A stretch of DNA of 64,000 nt from the human T2T-CHM13v2.0 reference genome, Homo sapiens. The notes below the pieces were generated by a model, which worked only from the letters and a program-made list of their open reading frames with translations, was not told the origin of the DNA and did not search any database. This document shows, piece after piece, positions 1-13,300 of the stretch. The stretch lies in NCBI RefSeq assembly GCF_009914755.1, contig NC_060933.1; one strand, 5' to 3'. Each line of letters starts with the position of its first letter. Positions within the stretch are counted from its first letter, which is position 1. The position numbers and the translations under genes are program-made.

Positions 1-340
1 GTTGATTCCATTCCATTCCATTCCATTCCAGTCCTTTCCATTCCATTCCTCTCGGGTTGATTCCATTCTATTAGTTTCCATTCCATTCCATTCCCTTCCA
101 TTCCACTCTGGTTGATTCCATTCCTTTCCATTCCACTCGAATACATTCCCTCCTATTCCACTCGGAACGATTCCATTCCATTCCATTCCATTCCATTCAT
201 TTCGTTCCATTCCATTCTATTCCGTATCATTTCATTCCATTCCATTCCATTCCATTCCATTCCGTTCCATTCCATTCCATTGTACTCGGGTTGATTCAAT
301 TCCATTGCATTCCATTCCATTCCATTCCATTCCATTCCAT
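1..340 (+). repeat. 3' tail of an upstream copy of the ~21 kb macro-repeat
   Basis: Shares private variants (CCTCTCGGGTTG at ~48, ATTC-ATTTC-GTTCC 1-bp deletion at ~195, TTGATTCAATTCC at ~291) with ~28520-28858 and ~49539-49877. Identical 60-aa pseudo-ORFs start at 112, 28631 and 49650. Confidence 0.85.
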
Positions 341-827
341 TCAGTTGCTTTCCATTCCATTACATTCGGATTGATTCTATTCAACTCCCTTACTCTCCAT
401 TACATTCCATTCCATTCGGGTTGTTCCATTCCATTCCATTCCATTCCACACCATTCCATTGCACTCGGGTTGATTCCATTCCATTCCATTCCATTCCATT
501 CCATTCCGTATGATTCCATTCCTTTGCCTTCCGTTCCATTACATTCCCCTGCACTCGCGTTGATTCCATTCCATTCCATTCCATTCCATTCAATTCCATT
601 CCATTACAATTCGTTCCATTCCATTCTATTCCGTACCATTCCATTCCATTCCATACCATTCCATTCCATTCCATTCCATTCCATTCCATTCCGTTCCATT
701 CCGTTCCATTCCATTCCATTCCATTCTATTCGAATTAATTCCATTCCATTCCATTCCATTCCATTCTATTCCATTCCATTGCAATCGAGTTGAATCCATT
801 GCATTTCATTCCATTCCATTCCATTCC

Positions 828-842
828 ATTCCGGAAGATTCC
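828..842. promoter_or_regulatory. Perfect 3-unit heat-shock element motif ATTCCGGAAGATTCC (first of ~37 copies in the window)
   Basis: Seen: aTTCc-gGAAg-aTTCc matches the canonical inverted HSE nTTCn-nGAAn-nTTCn. The motif match is exact; HSF1 occupancy here is not shown. Confidence 0.55.
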
Positions 843-1582
843 ATTCCATTGCATTCCATTCCATTCCATTCCCCAGCACTCGCGTTGATTCCATTCCATT
901 CCATTCCATTCCATTCCATTCCGGATGATTCCATTCCATTGAATTCCATTCCATTCCATTCCCCTGCACTTGGGTTGATTCCATTCCATTCTATTCCATT
1001 CCTTTCTGTTCCATTCAATTCCATTCCATTCCATTCTATTCGTGTTAATTCCATTCCATTCTATTCCATTCCATTCCATTGAAATCGAGTTGATGCCATT
1101 CCATTCCATTCCATTCCATTCCATTCCATTCCATTCCATTCCATTCCGGATGATTCCATTCCATTGCATTCCATTCCATTCCATTCCCCTGCACTCGGGT
1201 TGATTCCATTCCATTCCATTCGATTACATTCCATTCCATTCCGTTCCATTTCATTCTATTCGTGTTAATTCCATTCCATTCCATTCCACTCCATTCCAGT
1301 CCTTTCCATTCCATTCCACTCGTGTTGATTCCATTCTATTCCTTTCAATTCCGTTCCATTCCATTGCAATCGAGTTGATTCCATTCGAGTTGAATCCATT
1401 CCATTCCATTCCATTCCATTCCATTGCACACGGGTTCATTCCATTCCATTCCATTCCATTCCATTCCATTTCATTCTATTCCATTCTATTCCATACCATT
1501 CCATTCCATCCCATTCCATTCCGTTCCATTCCATGCCATTACACTCGGGTTGATTCCATTCCTTTCCATTCCATTCTTGTTG

Positions 1583-2885
1583 AATCCATTCCATTCCATT
1601 CCATTCCATTCGAATCCATTCCATTGCACTCGGGTTGATTCCATTCCATTCCATTCCATTCCATTTCATTCCATTCCATTCCATTACATTCGGATTGATT
1701 CTATTCAATTCCCTTACACTCCATTACATTCCATTCCATTCGGGATGTTTCCATTCCATTCCATTCCATTCCACTCCATTCCATTGCATCAGGTTGATTG
1801 CATTCCATTCCATTCCATTCCATTGCGGATGATTCCATTCCATTGCATTCCATTCCATTCCATTCCCCTGCACTCGGGTTGATTCCATTCCATTCCATTC
1901 CATTCCATTCCGTTCCATTCCATTCCATTCCATTCTATTCCGGTTAATTCCATTCCATTCCATTGGATTAAATTCCATTCCATTCCATTCCATTGCAATC
2001 GAGTTGATTCCATTCCTTTCCAGTCCATTCTGTTCCGGATGATTCCATTCCATTCCATTCCATTCCATTCCATTCCATTCCATTCCCCTGCAGTCGGGTT
2101 GATTCCATTCCATTCCATTCCATTCCATTCCATTCCGTTCAATTCCATTCCATTCCATTCTATTCGGGTTAATTCCATTCCATTCCATTCCAATCCATTC
2201 CATTCCATTCCAATCGAGTTGATTCCATTCCATTCCATTCCATTCCATTCGAATCCATTCCATTGCACTCGGGTTGATTCCATTCCATTCCATTCCATTC
2301 CATTTCATTCCATTCCATTCCATTACATTCGGATTGATTCTATTCAATTCCCTTACAGTCCATTACATTCCATTCCATTCGGGATGTTTCCATTCCATTC
2401 CATTCCATTCCACTCCATTCCATTGCATCAGGTTGATTGCATTCCATTCCATTCCATTCCATTCCGGATGATTCCATTCCATTGCATTCCATTCCATTCC
2501 ATTCCCCTGCACTCGGGTTTATTCCATTCCATTCCATTCCATTCCATTCGATTCCATTCCATTCCGTTCCATTCCATTCCATTCCATTCTATTCCGGTTA
2601 ATTCCATTCCATTCCATTCGATTAAATTCCATTCCATTCCATTCCATTGCAATCGAGTTGATTCCATTCCATTCCAGTCCATTCCGTTCCGGATGATTCC
2701 ATTCCATTCCATTCCATTCCATTCCATTCCCCTGCAGTCGGGTTGATTCCATTCCATTCCATTCCATTCCATTCCATTCCATTCCATTCCATTCCGTTCA
2801 ATTCCATTCCATTCCATTCTATTCGGGTTAATTCCATTCCATTCCATTCCATTCCATTCCATTCCATTCCATTCCAATCGAGTTG
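1583..2885 (+). repeat. 639-bp tandem duplication (third copy at ~4143-4770)
   Basis: CGAATCCATTCCATTGCACTCGGG at 1611 and 2250 (offset 639). GCATCAGGTTGATTGC and ATTAAATTCC words are in all three copies. Matching 65-aa pseudo-ORFs start at 1635, 2274 and 4193. Confidence 0.88.
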
Positions 2886-5204
2886 ATTCCATTCCATTCC
2901 ATTCCATTCCATTCTATTCCATTCCATTGCAATCGAGTTGACTCCATTGCCTTTCATTCCATTCCATTCCATTCCATTGCATTCCGGAAGTTTCCATTCC
3001 ATTGCATTCCATTCCATTCCATTCCCCTGCACTCGCGTTGATTCCATTCCATTCCATTCCATTCCATTCCGTTCCGTTCCATTCCATACCATTCCATTCT
3101 ATTCGGGTTGACTCCATTCCATTCCATTCGACTGCCATCGAGTTGATTCCATTCCATTCCATTCCATTCCATTCCTTTCCATTCCATTACGGATGACTCC
3201 ATTCCATTGCATTCCATTCCATTCCATTCCCCTGTACTCGGGTTGATTCCATTCCATTCCATTCCACTCCATTCGGTTCCATTGCATTCCATTCTATTGC
3301 ATTCCATTCTATTCGGGTTAATTCCATTCCATTCTATTGCATTCCATTCCATTCCATTCCATTCCATTGCAATGGAGTTGATTCCATTCCATTCCACTCC
3401 ATTCCGGAAGATTCCATTCCATTGCATTCCATTCCATTCCATTCCCCTGCACTCGCGTTGATTCCATTCCATTCCATTCCATTCCATTCCATTCCATTCC
3501 GGATGATTCCATTCCATTGAATTCCATTCCATTCCATTCCCCTGCACTTGGGTTGATTCCATTCCATTCCATTCCATTCCTTTCTGTTCCATTCAATTCC
3601 ATTCCATTCCATTCTATTCGTGTTAATTCCATTCCATTCTATTCCATTCCATTCCATTGAAATCGAGTTGATTCCATTCCATTCCATTCCATTCCATTCC
3701 GGATGATTCCATTCCATTGCATTCCATTCCATTCCATTCCCCTGCACTCGGGTTGATTCCATTCCATTCCATTCCATTACATTCCATTCCATTCCGTTCC
3801 ATTTCATTCTATTCGTGTTAATTCCATTCCATTCCATTCCACTCCATTCCAGTCCTTTCCATTCCTTTCCACTCGGGTTGATTCCATTCTATTCCTTTCA
3901 ATTCCATTCCATTCCATTGCAATCGAGTTGATTCCATTCGAGTTGAATCCATTCCATTCCATTCCATTCCATTCCATTCCATTCCATTGCACACGGGTTC
4001 ATTCCATTCCATTCCATTCCATTCCATTTCATTCTATTCCATTCTATTCCATACCATTCCATTCCATCCCATTCCATTCCGTTCCATTCCATGCCATTAC
4101 ACTCGGGTTGATTCCATTCCTTTCCATTCCATTCTTGTTGAATCCATTCCATTCCATTCCATTCCATTCGAATCCATTCCATTGCACTCGGGTTGATTCC
4201 ATTCCATTCCATTCCATTCCATTTCATTCCATTCCATTCCATTACATTCGGATTGATTCTATTCAATTCCCTTACACTCCATTACATTCCATTCCATTCG
4301 GGATGTTTCCATTCCATTCCATTCCATTCCACTCCATTCCATTGCATCAGGTTGATTGCATTCCCTTCCATTCCATTCCATTCCGGATGATTCCATTCCA
4401 TTGCATTCCATTCCATTCCATTCCCCTGCACTCGGATTGATTCCATTCCATTCCATTCCATTCCATTCCATTCCGTTCCATTCCATTCCATTCCATTCTA
4501 TTCCGGTTAATTCCATTCCATTCCATTCGATTAAATTCCATTCCATTCCATTCCATTGCAATCGAGTTGATTCCATTCCATTCCAGTCCATTCCGCTCCG
4601 GATGATTCCATTCCATTCCATTCCATTCCATTCCATTCCATTCCATTCCATTCCCCTGCAGTCGGGTTGATTCCATTCCATTCCATTCCATTCCATTCCA
4701 TTCCATTCCATTCCATTCCATTCCATTCCTTTCAATTCCATTCCATTCCATTCCATTCCAATCGAGTTGATTCCATTCCATTCCATTCCATTCCATTCCA
4801 TTCCATTCTATTCCATTCCATTGCAATCGAGTTGAATCCATTGCCTTTCATTCCATTCCATTCCATTCCATTCCATTCCGGAAGATTCCATTCCATTGCA
4901 TTCCATTCCATTCCATTCCCCTGCACTCGCGTTAATTCCATTCCATTCCATTCCATTCCATTCCGTTCTGTTCCATTCCATTCCATTCCATTCCATTCCA
5001 TTCCATTCCATTCCATTCCGTTCCATTCCATTCCATTCCATTCTATTCGGGTTGATTCCATTCCATTCCATTCGACTGCCATCGAGTTGATTCCATTCCA
5101 TTCCATTCCATTCCATTCCATTCCATTCCATTCCATTCCATTCCATTCCTTTCCATTCCATTACGGATGACTCCATTCCATTTCATTCCATTCCATTCCA
5201 TTCC

Positions 5205-5274
5205 CCTGTACTCGGGTTGATTCCATTCCATTCCATTCCCCTGTACTCGGGTTGATTCCATTCCATTCCATTCC
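5205..5274 (+). repeat. 35-bp local tandem duplication
   Basis: CCTGT-ACTCG-GGTTG at 5205 and 5240; the paralogous position near 3231 has only one copy. Confidence 0.75.
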
Positions 5275-5559
5275 ACTCCATTCGGTTCCGTTGCATTCCA
5301 TTCTATTGCATTCCATTCTATTTGGGTTAATTCCATTCCATTCTATTCCATTCCATTCCATTCCATTCCATTGCAATGGAGTTGATTCCATTCCATTCCA
5401 TTCCATTCCGGATGATTCCATTCCATTGCATTCCATTCCATTCCCTTCCCCTGCACTCGTGTTGATCCCATTCGCTTCCATTCCATTCCATTCCGTTCCA
5501 TTCCATTCCATTCCATTCTATTCCGGTTAATTCCATTCCATTCCATTCCATTCCATTCC

Positions 5560-7720
5560 ATTCCATTCCATTGCAATCGAGTTGATTCCATTCCATTCCT
5601 TTCCATTCCATTCCATTGTCTTGCATTCCACTCGGGTTGATTCCATTCCCTTCTTTCCACTCCATTACATTCCCTTCCATTCCACTCGGAATGATTGATT
5701 CCATTCCATTCCATTCCATTCCATTCCATTGCAATCCATTCCAATCCATTCCATTCCATTCCATTCCACTCGAGTTGACTTCATTCCATTCCTTTCCATT
5801 CCATTCCATTCCTTTCCACTCGAGTTGATTCCATTCCATTCCATTCCTTTGCATTCCATTCCATGCCATTCCACTCGGGTTGATTCCATTCCTTTGCATT
5901 CCATTCCATTCCATTCCATTCCATTCCATTCCATTCCATTCCATTCCGTTGCATTCCATTCCATTACATTCGGATTGATTCTATTCAACTCCCTTACTGT
6001 CCATTACATTCCATTCCATTCGGGTTGTTCCATTCCATTCCATTCCATTCCACTCCATTCCATTGCACTCGGGTTGATTCCATTCCATTCCATTCCATTC
6101 CATTCCATTCCATTCCATTCCATTCCATTCCGGATGATTCCATTCCATTGCATTCCGTTCCATTACATTCCCCTGCACTCGCGTTGATTCCATTCCATTC
6201 CATTCCATTCTATTCAATTCCATTCCATTACAATTCGTTCCATTCCATTCTATTCCGTACCATTCCATTCCATTCCATACCATTCCATTCCATTCCATTC
6301 CATTCCATTCCGTTCCATTCCGTTCCATTCCATTCCATTCTATTCGGGGTAATTCCATTCCATTCCATTCCATTCCATTCTATTCCATTCCATTGCAATC
6401 GAGTTGAATCCATTGCATTTCATTCCATTCCATTCCATTCCTTTCCGGAACATTCCATTCCATTGCATTCCAATCCATTGCATTTCCCTGCACTCGCGTT
6501 GCTTCCATTCCATTCCATTCCATTCCATTCCATTCCGTTCCGTTCCGTTCCATTCCATTCCATTCCATTCCATTCCATTCCATTCCGTTCCGTTCCATTC
6601 CATTCCATTCCATTCTATTCGGGTTAATTCCATTCCATTCCATTCGATTGCAATCGAGTTGATTCCATTCCATTCCATTCCATTCCATTCCATTCCATTC
6701 CATTCCTTTCCATTCCATTACGGATGATTCCATTCCATTGCATTCCATTCCATTCCATTCCCCTGTACTCGGGTTCATTCCATTCCATTCCATTCCAATC
6801 CATGCCATTCCACTCGTGTTGATTCCATTCTTTCCAATCCATTCAAGTTGAATCCATTCCATTGCATTCCATTCCATTCCATTCCCCTGCAGTCGGGTTG
6901 ATTCCATTCCATTCCATTCCATTCCGTTCCGTTCCATTCCATTCCATTCCATTCTATTCGGGTTAATTCCATTCCATTCCATTCCATTCCATTCCATTGC
7001 AATCGAGTTGATTCCATTCCATTCCATTCCATTCCATTCCACTCCATTCCAGTCCTTTCCATTCCATTCCACTCGGGTTGATTCCAATGTATTCCATTCC
7101 ATTCTATTCCATTCCATTGCAATCGAGTTGAATCCATTGCCTTTCATTCCATTCCATTCCATTCCATTCCATTCCGTTCCGTTCCATTCCATTCCATTCC
7201 ATTCCATTCCCTTCCATTCCATTCCATTCCATTGCAATCGAGTTGATTCCATTCCATTCCTTTCCATTCCATTCCATTGTCTTGCATTCCACTCGGGTTG
7301 ATTCCATTCCCTTCTTTCCACTCCATTACATTCCCTTCCATTCCACTCGGAATGATTGATTCCATTCCATTCCATTCCATTCCATTCCATTGCAATCCAT
7401 TCCAATCCATTCCATTCCATTCCATTCCACTCGAGTTGACTTCATTCCATTCCTTTCCATTCCATTCCATTCCTTTCCACTCGAGTTGATTCCATTCCAT
7501 TCCATTCCTTTGCATTCCATTCCATGCCATTCCACTCGGGTTGATTCCATTCCTTTGCATTCCATTCCATTCCATTCCATTCCATTCCATTCCATTCCAT
7601 TCCGTTGCATTCCATTCCATTACATTCGGATTGATTCTATTCAACTCCCTTACTGTCCATTACATTCCATTCCATTCGGGTTGTTCCATTCCATTCCATT
7701 CCATTCCACACCATTCCATT
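5560..7720 (+). repeat. Near-identical ~0.5 kb module at ~5560-6060 and ~7220-7720 (offset ~1.66 kb)
   Basis: Both copies have ATTGTCTTGC, CTTCTTTCCACTCC, GGAATGATTGATT and TACTGTCC. Identical pseudo-ORFs start at 5616 and 7277. More diverged copies lie at ~9140, ~12370, ~30395, ~33610, ~51415 and ~54640. Confidence 0.8.
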
Positions 7721-10288
7721 GCACTCGGATTGATTCCATTGCATTCCATTCCATTCCATTCCATTCCATTCCGGATGATTCCATTCCATTGCATTCCGTT
7801 CCATTACATTCCCCTGCACTCGCGTTGATTCCATTCCATTCAATTCCATTCCGTTCAATTCCATTCCATTACAATTCGTTCCATTCCATTCTATTCCGTA
7901 CCATTCCATTCCATTCCATACCATTCCATTCCATTCCATGCCATTCCATTCCGTTCCATTCCGTTCCATTCCATTCCATTCCATTCTATTCGGGTTAATT
8001 CCATTCCATTCCATTCCATTCCATTCCATTCTCTTCCATTCCATTGCAATCGAGTTGAATCCATTGCATTTCATTCCATTCCATTCCATTCCATTCCGGA
8101 AGATTCCATTCCATTGCATTCCATTCCATTCCATTCCCCTGCACTCGCGTTGATTCCATTCCATTCCATTCCATTCCATTCCATTCGATTCCATTCCGTT
8201 CCGTTCCATTCCATTCCATTCCATTCCATTCCATTCCATTCCGTTCCGTTCCATTCCATTCCATTCCATTCTATTCGGGTTAATTCCATTCCATTCCATT
8301 CGATTGCAATCGAGTTGATTACATTCCATTCCATTCCATTCCATTCCTTTCCATTTCATTCCTTTCCATTCCAATACGGATGATTCCATTCCATTGCATT
8401 CCATTCCATTCCATTCCCCTGTACTCGGGTTGTTTCCATTCCATTCCATTCCAATCCATGCCATTCCACTCGTGTTGATTCCATTCTTTCCATTCCATTC
8501 AAGTTGAATCCATTCCATTGCATTCCATTCCATTTGATTCCATTCGATTGCACTCGGGTTGATTCCATTCCATTACATTCCATTCCATTCCATTCCGTTC
8601 CGTTCCATTCCATTCCATTCCATTCCATTCCATTCCGTTCCGTTCCTTTCCATTCCATTCCATTCTATTCGGGTTAATTCCATTGCATTCCATTCGATTG
8701 CCATCGAGTTGATTCCATTCCATTCCATTCCATTCCATTCCATTCCATTCCATTCCTTTCCATTCCATTACGGATGACTCCATTCCATTGCATTCCATTC
8801 CATTCCATTCCCCTGTACTCGGGTTGATTCCATTCCATTCCATTCCTCTCCATTCGGTTCCGTTGCATTCCATTCTATTGCATTCCATTCTATTCGGGTT
8901 AATTGCATTCCATTCTATTCCATTCCATTCCATTCCATTCCATTGCAATGGAGTTTATTCCATTCCATTCCATTCCATTCTGGATGATTCCATTCCATTG
9001 CATTCCATTCCATTCCATTCCCCTGCACTCGTGTTGATTCCATTCCCTTCCATTCCATTCCATTCCGTTCCATTCCATTCCATTCCATTCTATTCCGGTT
9101 AATTCCATTCCATTCCATTCCATTCCATTCCATTCCATTCCATTGCAATCGAGTTGTTTCCATTCCATTCCTTTCCATTCCATTCCATTGCCTTGCATTC
9201 CACTCGGGTTGATTCCATTCCCTTCTTTCCACTCCATTACATTCCCTTCCATTCCACTCGGAATGATTGATTCCATTCCATTCCATTCCATTTCATTCCA
9301 TTGCAATCCATTCCAATCCATTCCATTCCATTCCATTCCACTCGAGTTGACTTCATTCCATTCCTTTCCATTCCATTCCATTCCTTTCCACTCGAGTTGA
9401 TTCCATTCCATTCCAATCCATTGCATTCCATTCCATGCCATTCCACTCGGGTTGATTCCATTCCTTTGCATTCCATTCCATTCCATTCCATTGCATTCCA
9501 TTCCATTCCATTCCGTTGCATTCCATTCCATTACATTCGGATTGATTCTATTCAACTCCCTTACTCTCCATTACATTCCATTCCATTCGGGTTGTTCCAT
9601 TCCATTCCATTCCATTCCATTCCGTTCCATTCCATTCCATTCCATTCCATTCTATTCGGGTTAATTCCATTCCATTCCATTCGATTGCAATCGTGTTGAT
9701 TCCATTCCATTCCATTCCATTCCATTCCATTCCATTCCATTCCATTCCATTCCATTCCGGATGATTCCATTCCATTGCATTCCATTCCATTCCATTCCCC
9801 TGTACTCGGGTTGATTCCATTCCATTGCATTCCAATCCATGCCCTTCCACTCGTGTTGATTCCATTCTTTCCATTCCATTCAAGTTGAATCCATTCCATT
9901 GCATTCCATTCCATTCGATTCCATTCGATTGCACTCGGGTTGATTCCATTCCATTGCATTCCATTCCATTCCATTCCATTCCATTCCGTTCCATTACATT
10001 ACATTACATTCGAATTGATTCTATTCAATTCCCTTACACTCCATTACATTCCATTCCATTCGGGTAGTTTCCATTCCTTTCCATTCCATTCCTCTCCATT
10101 CCATTGCACTCGGGTTGATACCATTCCATTGCATTCCATTCCATTCCATTCAATTCCATTCCGTTCCATTCCATTCCATTACATTCGGATTGATTCTATT
10201 CAACTCCCTTACTCTCCATTACATTCCATTCCGTTCGGGTTGCTCCATTGCATTCCATTCCATTCCACTCCATTCCATTGCACTCGGG

Positions 10289-10346
10289 TTTATTCCATTC
10301 CATTCCCTTCCATTCCATTCCATTCCATTCCATTCCGGAAGATTCC
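10289..10346 (-). promoter_or_regulatory. HSE plus AATAAA module on the G-rich strand (example; 15 copies)
   Basis: HSE at 10332-10346 and TTTATT (AATAAA on -) at 10289-10294. Function is inferred only. Confidence 0.3.
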
Positions 10347-13300
10347 ATTCCATTGCATTCCATTCCATTCCATTCCCCTGCTCTCGCGTTGATTCCATTC
10401 CATTCCATTCCATTCCATTCCAATCCATTCCATTCCTTTCCGTTGCATTCCATTCCATTCCATTCCATTCCATTCCATTCCATTCCATTCCGTACCGTTC
10501 CATTCCATTCCATTCCATTCCATTCTATTCGGGTTAATTCCATTCCATTCCATTCGATTGCAATCGAGTTGATTCCATTCCATTCCATTCCATTCCATTC
10601 CATTCCATTCCATTCCATTCCTTTCCTTTCCATTACGGATGATTCCATTCCATTGCATTCCATTCCATTCCATTCCCCTGTACTCGGGTTGATTCCATTC
10701 CATTCCATTCCAATCCATGCCATTCCACTCGTGTTGATTCCATTCTTTCCGTTCCATTCAAGTTGAATCCATTCCATTGCATTCCATTCCATTCCATTCC
10801 CCTGCAGTCGGGTTGATTCCATTCCATTCCATTCCATTCCATTCCATTCCATTCCATTCCGTTCCGTTCCGTTCCGTTCTCTTCCATTCCATTCCATTCT
10901 ATTCGGGTTAATTCTATTCCATTCCATTCCATTCCATTCCAATCGAGTTGATTCCATTCCATTCCATTCCATTCCATTCCACTCCATTCCAGTCCTTTCC
11001 ATTCCATTCGACTCGGGTTGATTCCAATGTATTCCTTTCCATTCCATTCCCTTCCATTGCAATCGAGTTGATTCCATTGCTTTGCATTCCATTCCATTCC
11101 ATTCCATTCCGGATGATTCCATTCCATTGCATTGATTCCATTCAATTCCCCTGCACTCGGGTTGATTCCATTCCATTCCACTCCATTCCGTTCCATTCCA
11201 TTCCATTCCATTGTATTCGGGTTAATTCCATTCCATTCCATTCCATTCCATTCCATTCCATTTCATTCCATTCCATTACAATCGAGTTGATTCCATTCCA
11301 TTCCATTCCATTCCATTCCATTCCATTCCAGTCCTTTCCATTCCATTCCACTCGGGTTGATTCCATTCTATTAGTTTCCATTCCATTCCATTCCCTTCCA
11401 TTCCACTCTGGTTGATTCCATTCCTTTCCATTCCACTCGAATACATTCCCTCCTATTCCACTCGGAACGATTCCATTCCTTTCCATTCCATTCCATTCCA
11501 TTCCATTCCAGTTCGTTCCATTCCGTTCTATTCCGTACCATTCCATTCCATTCCATTCCTTTCCATTCCATTCCTTTCCACTCGTGTTGATTCCATTCCT
11601 TTCCATTCCATTCGGTTTGAAGGCATTCCTTTCCATTCAAATCCATTCCATTCCATTCCATTCCATTCCATTCTATTCCATTCCATTGCAATCGAGTTGA
11701 ATCCATTGCCTTTCATTCCATTCCATTCCATTCCATTAAGGAAGATTCCATTCCATTGCATTCCATTCCATTCCATTCCCCTGCACTTGCGTTGATTCCA
11801 TTCCATTCCATTCCATTCCATTCCGTTCTGTTCCATTCCATTCCATTCCATTCCGTTCCGTTCCATTCCATTCCATTCCATTCTATTCGGGTTAATTCTA
11901 TTCCATTCCATTCGATTGCCATCGAGTTGATTCCTTTCCATTCCATTCCATTCCATTCCATTCCATTCCATTCCATTCCTTTCCATTCCATTACGGATGA
12001 CTCCATTCCATTGCATTCCATTCCATTCCATTCCCCTGTACTCGGGTTGATTCCATTCCATTCCATTCCACTGCATTCGGTTCCGTTGCATTCCATTCTA
12101 TTGCATTCCATCTATTCGGGTTAATTCCATTCCATTCTATTCCATTCCATTCCATTCCATTCCATTGCAATGGAGTTGATTCCATTCCATTCCATTCCAT
12201 TCCGGATGATTCCATTCCATTGCATTCCATTCCATTCCATTCCCCTGCACTCGTGTTGATTCCATTCCCTTCCATTCCATTGCATTCCGTTCCATTCCAT
12301 TCCATTCCATTCTATTCCGGTTAATTCCATTCCATTCCATTCCATTCCATTCCATTCCATTCCATTCCATTGCAATCGAGTTGATTCCATTCCATTCCTT
12401 TCCATTCCATTCCATTGTCTTGCATTCCACTCGGATTGATTACATTCCCTTCTTTCCACTCCATTACATTCCCTTCCATGATTGATTCCATTCCATTCCA
12501 TTCCATTGCAATCCATTCCAATCCATTCCATTCCATTCCATTCCACTCGAGTTGACTTCATTCCATTCCTTTCCTTTCCATTCCATTCCTTTCCACTCGA
12601 GTTGATTCCATTCCATTCCAATCCATTGCATTCCATTCCATGCAATTCCACTCGGGTTGATTCCATTCCTTTGCATTCCATTCCATTCCATTCCATTCCA
12701 TTCCATTCCGTTGCATTCCATTCCATTACATTCGGATTGATTCTATTCAACTCCCTTACTCTCCATTACATTCCATTCCATTCGGGTTGTTCCATTCCAT
12801 TCCATTCCATTCCACTCCATTCCATTGCACTCGGATTGATTCCATTCCATTCCATTCCATTCCATTCCATTCCATTCCATTCCATTCCATTCCGGATGAT
12901 TCCATTCCATTGCATTCCGTTCCATTGCATTCCCCTGCACTCGCGTTGATTCCATTCCTTTCCATTCCACTCGAATACATTCCCTCCTATTCCACTCGGA
13001 ACGATTCCATTCCATTCCATTCCATTCCATTCCATTCCATTCCATTCCATTTCGTTCCATTCCATTCTATTCCGTATCATTCCATTCCATTCCATTCCAT
13101 TCCATTCCATTCCATTGTACTCGGGTTGATTCCATTCCATTGCATTCCATTCCATTCGATTCCATTCCATTCCGTTGCATTCCATTCCATTACATTCGAA
13201 TTGATTCTATTCAACTCCCTTACTCTCCATTACATTACATTCCATTCGGGTTGTTCCATTCCATTCCATTCCATTCCACTCCATTCCATTGCACTCGGGT

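Larger units (their letters stand above)
820..5385 (+). repeat. Tandem duplication of a ~2 kb block (~820-3380 and ~3395-5385); the first copy contains an extra 639-bp internal duplication
   Basis: Paired private words: GAATTC at 941/3519, TTTCTGTTCC ~1003/3581, GAAATCGAG 1081/3659, ACTGCCATCG 3131/5075, GCAATGGAG 3369/5373. The offset falls from ~2578 to ~1950-2000 after the internal duplication. Confidence 0.85.

Noticed and set aside
291-303. DUX4-like site TGATTCAATTCC
   Set aside because: Lacks the terminal A of the TGATTRRATTA-type consensus and occurs only in macro-copy tails.
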